Source: Octopus sinensis (lineage: Eukaryota). From it: a DNA stretch of 64,000 bases. Position 1 is the stretch's first letter, and every line of letters starts with the position of its first letter. The DNA lies in contig NC_043010.1 in NCBI RefSeq assembly GCF_006345805.1, forward strand, positions 63,302,001 through 63,366,000, written 5' to 3'. Under the pieces are notes generated by a model, which worked only from the letters and a program-made list of their open reading frames with translations, was not told the DNA's origin and did not search any database. This document shows, one piece after another, positions 52,692-64,000 of this stretch. Both the position numbers and the translations under genes were made by a program.

Positions 52692-54110
52692 ATAATGGTG
52701 TGTGTCTTGTAGCCACCACCCACTAAAATATAGGAACTAGGCCTGGGTATATAAAAATGAAAAAAAACAAAAGCATGAAGTTGAGGCAAAAAGATAGCAA
52801 CACAAACACACACACATTTTGATGGGCTTCATTTAGTTTTCATCTACAAAATCCAGTCAGAAGGCATTGGTCAGCTCAGAACTATAGTTGAAGACACCTG
52901 CCCACATGCCACACAGTGGGACTGAACCCAAGACCATGTAGTTGGGAAGTAAACTTCCTACCACACATAGCCACACCCACACCTACACATATATGTATGA
53001 TTTCAATGATCAACCCCAATACGCAACTGGTACTTAATTTATCGACCCCCAAAAGGATGAAAGGCAAAGTCAACCTCAACGGAGACCATAAAGACAGACG
53101 AAATACTGCTAAGCATTTCTCCCGACGTGCCAACGTTTCTGCCAGCTCGCTGCCTCATTAGTATTGCCAATACACGCACACATACACATCATCATCATTA
53201 TTCTAACAGCCACTTTTCCATGCTTGCATGTGGCAAACAAAACCTGAAGCAGATTTGCTGTAGCCAGAACCCCTATTTGAATGGTGACTTTGTTTTTATG
53301 CTGCCTGAATATGTCAAGAGAGAGGAAACACACAAACAGACACTAACATGCATGTAGATACACGTGCACATGCGTGCTTGCGAGCACACACACACACACA
53401 CATTACAAGCTTCTCACGATTTTTGTCATCAACCAAATCCCAAAGCAGTCTCAGGCCATAGTTCAACACACCTGGAACAAACCCTGGACCATGTGGTTTC
53501 CAAGTGAATTATTTGGCCAAACAGTCATGCCTGTGCTTATTTGAGAGTGTGCATGTATGTGTGTATGTGTACATACATATTCATCCATCCATCAATCTAT
53601 CTATCCATCTATCATAAATCATATGTATATGCACACACACACATATGTGAGAGAATTGGTATTAAGGAAATCCAGGTGAATACCTTTATCTTTTACTTGT
53701 TTCAAGCATTAGACTGTGACCATGCTGAGGCAATGCCTTGAAAACTTTTTTAGTTGAACAAACTGAGCCCTTTACTAAAGCCAGGTACTTAATTCATCAG
53801 ACTCTTTTGCTGAACAGCTAATGTTACAGAGTTGTAAAGACACCAGCACCAGTTGTCCAGTAGTGGTGTGTAGACAAAGATAGATACAAAGATACACACA
53901 CACACAACAGGCTTCTTTCAGTTTCCGTCTACCAAATCCACTCACAAGGCTTTGATCAGCCTGAGGCAAAAGAAGACACTTGCCCAAGGTGCCACGCAGT
54001 GGGACTGAACCATACAGTTGGGAACCAAGCTACTTACCACACAGCCACTCCTATGCCTATATATATACACACACACACACATATACATGTATATAGAGTG
54101 TGTGTATATG

Positions 54111-54473
54111 TGGAGGTGCAATGGCCTGATGGTTAGGGCAGCGGACTCACGGTTGTAGGATCACGGTTTCAATTCCCAGACCGGGTGTTGTGAATGTTTA
54201 TTGAGTGAAAACGCCTAAAGTTCCACGAGGCTCCGGTAGTGGGTGGTGGCAAACCCTGCTGTGCTCTTTAGCCACAACTTTCTTCCTGTTTCTCTTGTAC
54301 CTGTATTTCAAAGAGCCTTCCTTGTCACACACTGTGTCATGCTGAATCTCCTCGAGAACTACATTAATGGTACACGTGTCTGTGGAGTGTTCAGCCACTT
54401 GCATGTTCACACGCAGGCTGTTCTATTTATCAGATCAACTGGAGCCTTCGTTGTCATAACCAACGGAGTGCCA
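54111..54473 (+). mobile_element. SINE family C copy
   Basis: Homologous to 19904-20289 and 62159-62530. Confidence 0.82.
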
Positions 54474-54610
54474 CACACATATATACACACACGCACACAC
54501 ATATATATGCATCTAGGTAAATCCCTGGAATTCTCAAAATATACTCAAATAAGTTTAAGGGGTCTGTTGAGATGGCTGGTGATAACCTTATTCATTCATT
54601 CATTATTGTA

Positions 54611-55161
54611 CGAGGGTGAGTCAGAAAAAGTGATGCCATTTTGTTTAGGACAGGTATAATTACCAACACAGGAACACGTACCATACATCAAAATGAAGCT
54701 GGTCCTCTGTGGATCACATTCCTACTTCTCAAAATAGTCACCGTTTCTCTCAATAGCAATGTTCCACCTTCGAATGAGAGCATGTATCCCTGCCCCGTAA
54801 AATTCTGTTGACTGTTCTTTGAGCCACTTCTTCACTACAATTTTCACTTCCTCATCACTGGAATAATGTTTGCCTCTCAAACCCTCTTTCGTGGCGCCGA
54901 AGAGATGATAGTCCAGTGATGAGGAAGTGAAAACTGTAGTGAAGAAGTGGCTCAAAGAACAGTCAACAGAACTTTACGGGGCAGGGATACATGCTCTCAT
55001 TCGAAGGTGGAACATTGCTATTGAGAGAAATGGTGACTATGTTGAGAAGTAGGGATGTGATCCACTGAGGACCAGCTTCATTTTGATGTATGATACACGT
55101 TCCTGTGTTGGTAATTATATCTGTCCTACACAAAATGATATTACCTTTTGACTCACTCACG
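54611..55161. mobile_element. Palindromic (fold-back) non-autonomous mariner made of two inverted 3' ends
   Basis: Arms 54611-54862 and 54912-55161 are reverse complements (about 92% by manual alignment) around a 49-nt spacer. TA on both sides and a CGAGGG terminus. The arm plus spacer encode DYHLFG...EFYGAGIHALIRRWNIAIERNGDYFEK*. Confidence 0.92.
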
Positions 55162-55547
55162 TATGACCCTTTATAATTCTTATAAGTTCAGACAAAAGTG
55201 TAAGTTGATGAAATTGTTCAGATAACTATAAAAACGATCAAAACCTTTAATGAATTTATATCATACTATCATCTTTATTTTTTTTTATCTTTTACTTGTT
55301 TCACGCATTTGACTGTGGCCATGCTGGGGCAATGCCTTTGAAGGGTTTTAAGTTGAAATGAATCAACCCACGACTTATTTTTTAAAGCCTACTACTTATT
55401 GGTCACTTATACTGAACTGCTAAGTTACAGGGACATAAGCAAACCAACAGCAGTAGTCAAGTGGTGGTAGTGGTGGTGGACAAACACAGGCACAAAGACA
55501 CACACATAGATATATATATACTACACACACACACACATATATATATA

Positions 55548-55855
55548 GCACATAAAAAGCACCATCTGAACGTGGCCGATGCCAGCGCCGCCTTGGCTGG
55601 CTTCCGTGCCGGTGGCACGTTAAAAGCACCAACCGATCGTGACCGATGCCAGACCCCCCCTGGCTCCTGTGCAGGTAGCACATAAAAAGCACCCACTACA
55701 CTTGCGGAGTGGTTGGCGTTAGGAAGGGCATCCAGCTGTAGAAACACTGCCAGATCAGACTGGAGCCTGGTGCAGCCCCTGGCTTCCCAGACCCCGGTCG
55801 AACTGTCCAACCCGTGCTAGCGCGGAAAACGGACGTTAAACGATGATGATGATGA
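55548..55855 (+). mobile_element. Short non-autonomous element ending in the RTE 3' tail
   Basis: gttaggaagggcatccagctgtagaaac...gtccaacccgtgctagcgcggaaaacggacgttaaacgatgatgat. About 10 copies in the window (e.g. 1500-1640, 1943-2190, 43545-43720, 63335-63480, 63864-64000). Confidence 0.8.
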
Positions 55856-56330
55856 TATATATATATATATATATATACATAACGGGCTTCTTTCAGTTTC
55901 TGTCTACCAAATCCGCTCACAAAGCTTTGGTCAGCCCAATGTTGTAGCAGAAGACACTTGCCCATGATGCCACACAACAGAACTGAACCAGGAACCATGT
56001 AGTCAGGTAGCAAGCTTCTTACCACACAGCCACGACTGTGCCAGTTTCTGTTTATAAGTGGGAATGGATGCACTAGCAGCATGAGAATTGCTGTATAGGT
56101 GGCAGCTGTTAATAGTATCCACGTCAAACCTTCCTCTGTTACAAGACCTGGTGGAGTTTCAAGCATTTACATTTACAGCAGGGCCTGAAACATATATAAA
56201 CCCGAGGTTTGGAGCACCTGTTTCTAATCCCCGCATCATACCCGAACTCCTGAACTCCTCACTTGAAGCAACCGCCCTGTCTCCTCACAGCAAACTCACA
56301 CGTCGTAGAGTTATGAAAATAAGCCATTCA

Positions 56331-56722
56331 AGGAGTGGCTGTGTGGTAAGTAGCTTGCTTACCAACCACATGGTTCCGGGTTCAGTCCCACTGCGTGGTA
56401 TCTTGGGCAAGTGTCTTCTGCTATAGCCCCGGGCCGACCAATGCCTTGTGAGTGGATTTGGTAGACGGAAACTGAAAGAAGCCTGTCGTATATATGTATA
56501 TATATATATGTGTGTGTGTGTGTGTGCGTGTGTTTGTCCCCCTAGCATTGCTTGACAACCGATGCTGGTGTGTTTACGTCCCCGTCACTTAGCGGTTCGG
56601 CAAAAGATACCGATAGAATAAGTACTGGGCTTACAAAGAATAAGTCCCGGGGTCGATTTGCTCGACTAAAGGCGGTGCTCCAGCATGGCCGCAGTCAAAT
56701 GACTGAAACAAGTAAAAGAGTA
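56331..56722 (+). mobile_element. SINE family A copy (young)
   Basis: Head aggagtggctgtgtggtaagtagc...ccgggttcagtccc; tail gactgaaacaagtaaaagagta. Confidence 0.88.
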
Positions 56723-57449
56723 ATTCACTCTGTAAAGTGGTTAGAATTAGGAAGAACAGAGAGCATACCAAAATCGAGACACCGGATCAATATGAGGTCC
56801 TCCAACCCGCTGGATCCATGAAATCGTCCAAACCATGCCAGCACGGAAAGTGGAAGCAAAACATCTGTATCACACACACGCACACGTCTGAATAGTTTTT
56901 GTGTTTACCAAAAGGTATTGTAAAATCTGCTCTATAAAAGATACTTGCGCAATAAGTTTCACACTGAGAACGAACCCGGAACCGTGTAGTTGCAAAGCGA
57001 ACTTCTTAACCACATAGCCATGCGTATATCTCTTTGTATGCATGTGTGTGTGTGTGTGTGTGTGTGTTCGTAAGTGTGCAGATGTGTGTGTGTGTGTGTT
57101 CGTATGTGTGTGTGTGTGTTCGTAAGTGTGCAGATGTGTGTGCGCGCGCGTGGTGTTTATATCTGAAAGAGACAGAGAGAGACAGAGAGAGAGAGAGGGC
57201 GATAGATGTAAGGTGTATGTCTTCTCTCTGTGAGCGTGCTGTGCTTATTTGATGTACAACGGAGTTGACAGGGATAGAGAGAGAAAGTCAGAAATAGCCT
57301 GAGAAAGAGAAAGATAGAGAGAGAGAGAGTCAGAGATAGCCTGTGATAGAGAAAGAGAAAGATAGAGACGGAGAGAGAAGGAGAGAGAGGAAGAGAGAGA
57401 GAGAGAGAAGGAGACAGGCGACATCACATATAACATCAACAAAAAACCT

Positions 57450-58391
57450 GCACACATAGGTGTATATGTGTGTGCTGTTGGAGAGGGAGGTGGGTTAACA
57501 TTCTGTCGCCTCTTCTTAACCCCTTTCCCGACGGCAGTGATGTCAGAAACAGGAAGAGGACGACGACATCAAGGGGCAGCAGTGGTAGTCATGACGTTGG
57601 CGGGGTGGGGGGAAGCGAAAAAACGTGAACACGAACGAAGGAGCCTTCGTGCGGTTAATCAGCCTGCTAGAAATAGTAGCCAAATCTCCCCCTTAATTAT
57701 TATTAATCCATTAACCTCGTTAAAAGGATTATCGAATCACAGATACGCAATACCTGAGAAAAGGACTGGGTTATTATGGACAAAATGCCTTTTTATCATA
57801 GGTCTTCTTAGTTAGGGAAGACCTGGGGCTGAACGGTAACACATACAAACAAGCATACATACACATACAAATGTACGTATATATATATATAATATATATG
57901 TATGTGTAAATGTATATATGTATATATATATATATATATACAAACACGCATACGTATTATATTTCGTACGTTTGGACACAAGGGGACAGGGATAGGTTAT
58001 ATACGATGATCATGCCGTTTTCAAGCACATTTATAGCAGCTTGGGTGGCGAAAAATTAATGTAGACAAGGCATCGAAACCGGTGCGAGAGCTCTCAGCAT
58101 GCCGGAAGCTTACCTCCAAATCTTTAACAACAAACACAATGAGCCAAAAGCGGTCACTCGACGCGCAAAAATAGCAGCCAGATCTCACACATCCCAACCT
58201 TGCTAGCTCAGAAGGAAACACCTTTTGGATGCAGTGTCTAAGAAAATTAAAGAATGGCCACGGTTGGAAAGCCTTTCGATCATCGGCCCAGCTCCAAAAG
58301 GGCCAACATGTGACTAAACAATAACTATATATATATATCTTTTACTCTTTTACTTGTTTCAGTCATTTGACTGCGGCCATGCTGGAGCACC

Positions 58392-58422
<31 letters not shown>

Positions 58423-58444
58423 ATATATATATATATATACATAC

Positions 58445-58536
<92 letters not shown>

Positions 58537-59002
58537 GGATGGATGGATGGATGGATGGATAGATATACAAGCGCGCATTAGGATGTAGAAACGGAATAAA
58601 GTACACGAAGAGTTTATTTATTCGCGAGAAGTCCATGGGTCTCTCTGTCGCCACTCAGTGGGAAGATTCAGTCGACAAAAGGAGCTCGCCCCCTAAATTC
58701 CAGGAGGATTGCGCATAGAAGGAAAACTCCGAGCAGCGACGGAATAAAGCTCTGGATTGGAACGAATATGTGTGTGTGAGTATATTATACATACACAGAG
58801 AAACAGCTACATATATATTATATACGTGACCAAATACATACAGCGAATACGTACAGAAGGATTTTATACACACATACACATATATGTGGCCGGAGTTTTG
58901 AATATATCAGTGAATGGGAAATAAAAGGACGGTAAAAACAGAGAAAATAAGACAGAAGCTCAAATATGTAAAGATACACACTACACATAGATATATACAT
59001 AC

Positions 59003-59035
<33 letters not shown>

Positions 59036-59305
59036 AAGATATGTTTTAGATTGTGGGTAAACTCACCAAGGAAGTGTACGTCCAGCTGTCCCGCGAGGCC
59101 CGCGCTTGAACTTGGATCGGTGAAGTTTACTGACCGACTCGGACATTGTTTGCGAAGGAGTAGACTCCCTGAAGAAGTAAAGATCAAAACAAAACTCTTG
59201 TATGGATTCATGACTGGAAGGGATCAATGGATGAATGACGTTCCCTGAGGAATAATGTTGTTGTGCAAGAAATTTTGATTCTGAAAGCTGCCTTTTAAAC
59301 TAATA

Positions 59306-59341
<36 letters not shown>

Positions 59342-59399
59342 GTATATATATGTGTGTTTTTTAATCAATTAATTATCTACGAGATTTAATTGATATATC

Positions 59400-59445
<46 letters not shown>

Positions 59446-59657
59446 ATTAGAGTAGTATATATAAATGCATTAAGTTATATAATAAATTATGTGTATATAT
59501 ATATACGCTAATCAATTGTATATTATACAATCAATCATATGTTTATATATCATATAAATATATATATATATACATTATATATATATTATTTATATATATA
59601 TATATTTATATATACACTATAGATTATATAATATATATATATAAACACTATCAATGA

Positions 59658-59689
<32 letters not shown>

Positions 59690-60659
59690 ATGTATATATG
59701 TATGTATGTATACACACACACACGCGCGCACGTATTTATCTTAACATTTAGTTTGTGTTATTTTTCCCACATCAATTTCGCCTTTTTTGTGTTTTTTTAA
59801 AATTCCTTCAGGATTATTATAATTTCTCTTGTAGTTTTTGCCATTCTTCCACTTGCTATTATTGCTATTGTACTCGTCACAATTATTGCAGTTCTTGTTT
59901 GGAAATGTTGTGTTTTTTTTCTTCTTTCTTTAAAATACTGGGGCTTTTTCTTGGGCTGTTTTTTTAGTTTTTAGTTTTAAAAGGAATATAAAAATGGAAG
60001 TGAAGAATTTTTCTGCTTCTCGTCGACGTTGTTTTGAGTTTGTTTCTGTTTCTATTCTTTCTTGAGTTCTTGCTTTTGTGTTTTTGATTTGTCTTGTATA
60101 TTTTTGTTATATATTTTATTCTGGTTTTTTTTTTTTGTGTGTTTTTTTTTTTCGTTTTACTTTCTTTAATTCACCGCCTTGTTTGCGTGTGTGTGAGAGA
60201 GAGGGAGGGAGGAAGAGAGCGATGGTTATAGAGAAATAGAGACAGGCAGAGAGTGTGAGAAGAAGAGAGGAGAAAGAGAGACAAAAATTGTGTGTGAGAA
60301 GAGAGAGAAAGCCAATGACTGAGAGAGAGAGAGGGAGAACCTTGACTAAGAACAACAACAACAACAATAATTCTATTGGAAGCAGTTGTTTGGATGGCTG
60401 GCTGGATGTAGTGTCGGACGGCAGGGAGAGAGGCGGTTCTGTGGAAGGAGGAAGGCACTGTAATTGATGAAGGTGGGGGCGCAAAAGTGGTGGTGTTGGT
60501 GGTGGATTTGTAGTAGCAGTGGTGGATGTGGTGGTGGTGGTGGTGGTGGCGTTACAGATGCGGTGGATGTTGGAATAATGCTGGTAGTTGTGCTGCTCCT
60601 TCTGTATATGTCAGTGTGTGTGTGTGTGTGTGTGGATGGAGAGAGACACGGTGTTTTTC

Positions 60660-60690
<31 letters not shown>

Positions 60691-60800
60691 GGAGGTGAGC
60701 ATGTTTACAATGGGGGAGGGGGTATTGTGATGGGGGCCCGTCCTGAGAATAAGGAAGGAAGTATTGGACGTGTGCAGGTCCCACTGTGTCTTAAGCTGTC
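57450..60800. promoter_or_regulatory. CpG-rich promoter-like / 5' region, likely of the ZNF-B transcript
   Basis: Dense CpG in unique sequence (57500-57700, 58000-58300, 58570-58750, 59060-59250), minus-strand splice donors, and 5'UTR-like low-complexity sequence at 59750-60780. Confidence 0.45.
59067..59280 (-). other. Candidate non-coding 5' exon (likely ZNF-B transcript)
   Basis: Perfect donor ttG|GTGAGT at 59067/59066 and possible acceptor gctttcAG| at 59282-59281, in CpG-rich unique sequence. A second strong donor, gaG|GTAAGC, is at 58114/58113. Confidence 0.45.
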
Positions 60801-61239
60801 CCCCTCGTTTCTCTCTCTCTCTCTCTCTCTCTCAGTTCTGTCATATTTCTGCATGGATCTGTGTACTTATATGTGTCCCCAGGACAGTATATATTGTATT
60901 TTCGCTACACAGTGCCACACCGTAGATATGAATGTGCATGTGTATGTGTTTTACACTGTACGTGGCCATATCTATCTCACTGCACTTTCAATATGTGTGT
61001 GTGTGTGTGCGTGTGTGTGAGAGCGTCACTTATCTCTGCAGCACAAAAGCCTACCGCCCAACCCACATGATTGTAAATCCAAAGATCCAAGTGTGAGACA
61101 AACTCTCTCTCCCTTTCGTATATACATATGATATAAGGAGGAGAGAGAGAGAGAGAGATGATGTGTGGGTTGTTTAGGCGGCTGTATGTGTGGGTGTGAC
61201 TCTTGGGGAGTAAGAGTACTTTTCTCTCTCATACGCACA

Positions 61240-61730
61240 TACATACATACATGTGTGTGTGTATATATATATATATATATACATGTATATGTATATACAT
61301 ATACATGTATACGTATATATATATACATTTATACGTATATATATATATATATACATGTATACGTATATATATATATACATGTATACGTATATATATATAT
61401 ATATACATGTATACGTATATATATATATATACATGTATACGTGTATATATATATATATACATGTATACGTATATATATATATACATGTATACGTGTATAT
61501 ATATATATATTATATATATATATATTATATATATATGCATATATATACATGTACGTATATATATATGCATATATATATGTGTATGCATATATATATATGC
61601 ATACATATATATATATGCATATGTATATGTGTATGCATATATATATATATGCATACATATATATATCTGCACATATATATGCATGCATATATATATATAT
61701 ATCATGCGTATGTATATCAATATATACACA
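61240..61730. repeat. Compound (TA)n satellite with recurring ACATGT/TACGTA variants
   Basis: Direct inspection; almost uninterrupted purine-pyrimidine alternation. Confidence 0.9.
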
Positions 61731-62158
61731 TGCGAACCCACACACACAGATATCAATACCAGTCCTACTGTGAACTCCTCAGCTCAACTCCTTCATTCAC
61801 AGTGTGACCACATTGACCAGTATTATTAACAGAGAGAGACGTGAACCATAAAGAGGACAACCTGACTAAGAGAGCAGAAATTCCGAAAAACCCTGCTCAG
61901 TGAGGAAGTGTGCACCAATGGAACTGATCCATGTAGAAGAGCAGCAATTCTGAATAGAAACCTACATGATGGGGACATGGACTCTGCAAACTGCTGAAGA
62001 AATAAGCTGTCTTGGAGGTGAACTATTCTGAATACTAATTGACACAGTGTAGAGGGAAATCTTAAGTCATGACAGACAAGGTATTTTGTAATGGTGACAC
62101 AGTGAGTACACTCACACTATGCTGTAAGATGGTCAGTGATTAGAAGGTTATCCAACCA

Positions 62159-62530
62159 TGAGGCGCAATGGCCCAGTGGTTAGGGCAGCGGACTTGTGGT
62201 CATAGGATCGCGGTTTCGATTCCCAGACCGGGCGTTGTGAGTGTTTATTGAGCGAAAACACCTAAAAGCTCCACGAGGCTCCGGCAGGGGATGGTGGTGA
62301 TCCCTGCTGTACTCTTTTGCCACAACTTTCTCTTACTTCCTGTTTCTGTTGTACCTGTATTTCAAGGGGCCGGCCTTGTCACTTTCTGTGTCACGCTGAA
62401 TATCCCCGAGAACTACGTTAAGGGTGCACGTGTCTGTGGAGTGCTCAGCCACTTACATGTTAATTTCACGAACAGGCTGTTCTGTTGATTCGGATCAACC
62501 GGAACCCTCATCGTTGTAACCGACTGAGTA
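62159..62530 (+). mobile_element. SINE family C copy
   Basis: Head aggcgcaatggcccagtggttagggcagcgg...ggtttcgattccc. Confidence 0.85.
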
Positions 62531-62624
62531 CTTCCAAAATCCAACCATGAAAACCATATCGAAATCACAATACAGAAATATAATCTTTTCTACTGTAGGT
62601 AAAAGTCTTGAATTTTTTTTGTGT

Positions 62625-62915
62625 GTATGTGGCCGATGCCAGCACCGCCTCGACTGGCTTCTGTGCCGGTGGCACATAAAAAGCACCAACTGATCGTGGC
62701 CGATGCCAGACCTCTCTGGCACCTGTGCAGGTGGCACGTAAAAATCACCCACTACACTCGCGGAGTGGTTGGCGTTAGGAAGGGCATCCAGCTGTAGAAA
62801 CACTGCCAGATCAGACTGGAGCCTGGAGCAGCCCCTGGCTCCCCAGACCCCGGTCAAACCGTCCAACCCATGCTAGCGCGGAAAACGGACGTTAAACGAT
62901 GATGATGATGATGAT
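62625..62915 (+). mobile_element. Short non-autonomous element ending in the RTE 3' tail
   Basis: Near-identical to 55548-55855. Confidence 0.8.
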
Positions 62916-64000
62916 GTGTGTGTTTTTGCTTGTTGGTTGTTTTATCCTAGTGTCCAGCTAGTACTTATTGTATCGAACCTAAAAGGACAAAAGACAAAGT
63001 CAACCTTGATGGGATTTGAACTCGGAACATACGGCTCGAAGAAGTACTGCAAAGCATTTTGTCAAATGCACTAATGATTCAGTCAGTTCGCTACCTTAAT
63101 TGGATTCAGATTTTGGTAAAACCCACCAATTTTAGGGGAAGGGGTAGTCGATTACATCAACTCCCTCCATATTCCACTGGTACTTATTTTATTGAGCCCG
63201 AAAGGATAAAAAGCAAAGTTTACCTAGGCAGTGTTTGAACTCAGAACATACAGAGCCAGAAGACATTCCGCTGAGCATTTTGTTTGAGGCAATAACAACT
63301 CTGCCAGGCAAGCCACCCTAACAGTCACAAATATAATGGCGTTAGGAAGGGCATCCAGCCGTAGAAACACTGCCAGATCTGACTGGGCCTGATGAAGTCT
63401 TCCAGCTTCACAGACCCCAGTTGAACCGTCCAACCCATGCTAGCATGGAAAACGGATGCTAGATGATGATGATGATGATGAGAGGAAGAAGGCAGGCATA
63501 CAGGAGTAACACTTGCCAAGTTAGTTCTGAGTACAATGGGGGAATGATCAGGTGGAAACGTCTATAACAGAGGCTGAGAAGTCATCCATCATCAAACAAT
63601 CACAAAAGCATTCTTCTTTTCAAATGAGAAACCTGACATCAGACAACCTACTCCGCACCCTACCCCGCAAGCACTGGGAACCTCCCACTTCTTGTCAAGT
63701 ACAAGTCATTAGGGGCTGCCATCATCGTTGTCGGCATAATGAAAGGTAAGTACGAACACATTGTAGAAATGCTGGAGTGGAGGTGAGGAGATGTGTGGTG
63801 GTGGACAAGTGGTAAGGTGGAGCAGGAGCTTCAGCCGCCAGATCCATCATGAGCGAGGAACATCATCATCATCATCATTTAACATCCGTTTTCCATGCTA
63901 GCATGGGTTGGACGGTTCGACCGGGGTCTGGGAAGCCTGGAGGCTGCACCAGGCCCAGTCTGATATGGCAGTGTTTCTACAGCTGGATGCCCTTCCTAAC

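Noticed and set aside
56088-56426. 112-aa ORF in moderately GC-balanced sequence
   Set aside because: Runs into a SINE head and has no recognisable motif; 56050-56330 remains unclassified.
60116-61020. Low-complexity ORFs (poly-P, poly-G, poly-W) in the CpG-rich region
   Set aside because: Derived from (GGT)n, (GA)n and (GT)n tracts typical of UTR-like DNA; no coherent protein.
62159-62235. tRNA-like sequences with A and B boxes (heads of SINE families A-D)
   Set aside because: They continue into repeated SINE bodies and tails, some with TSDs, and lack a complete acceptor stem, so they are not called tRNA genes.
63552-63760. 65-aa plus-strand ORF with a strong donor-like AAG|GTAAGT near 63746
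   Set aside because: No homology recognisable and no partner exon within the window; left uncalled.

Overview
AT-rich, microsatellite- and SINE-dense eukaryotic DNA, inferred to be octopus (coleoid cephalopod) from its repeat families and tandem C2H2 genes; the species cannot be fixed from sequence alone. Only two intact protein-coding regions are supported. Both are minus-strand, single-coding-exon C2H2 zinc-finger genes: ZNF-A (5462-6157, 231 aa, 8 fingers, no effector domain) and ZNF-B (32727-35144, 805 aa, 17 fingers). Their recognition helices repeat with strict periodicity (period 3 in ZNF-A, period 4 in ZNF-B) although synonymous sites between repeats are highly diverged. ZNF-B also has shortened TGEL linkers, a 134-bp probable gene-conversion tract and a helix code predicted to read NAA triplets, the sequence of the (TAA)n/(CAA)n tracts associated with local SINE arrays. 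Candidate non-coding 5' exons and CpG-retaining promoter-like domains lie near 9-13.4 kb and 57.5-60.8 kb. The rest is transposon-derived: four tRNA-headed SINE families, RTE LINE fragments (one with an in-frame PHD-like finger), Penelope-like GIY-YIG and mariner relics, a 551-bp palindromic mariner, piggyBac-, hAT- and Merlin-type MITEs, Helitrons and several near-perfect long hairpins. No CRISPR array, rRNA gene or true tRNA gene was seen. Nearly all other ORFs in the track are microsatellite or antisense artefacts.
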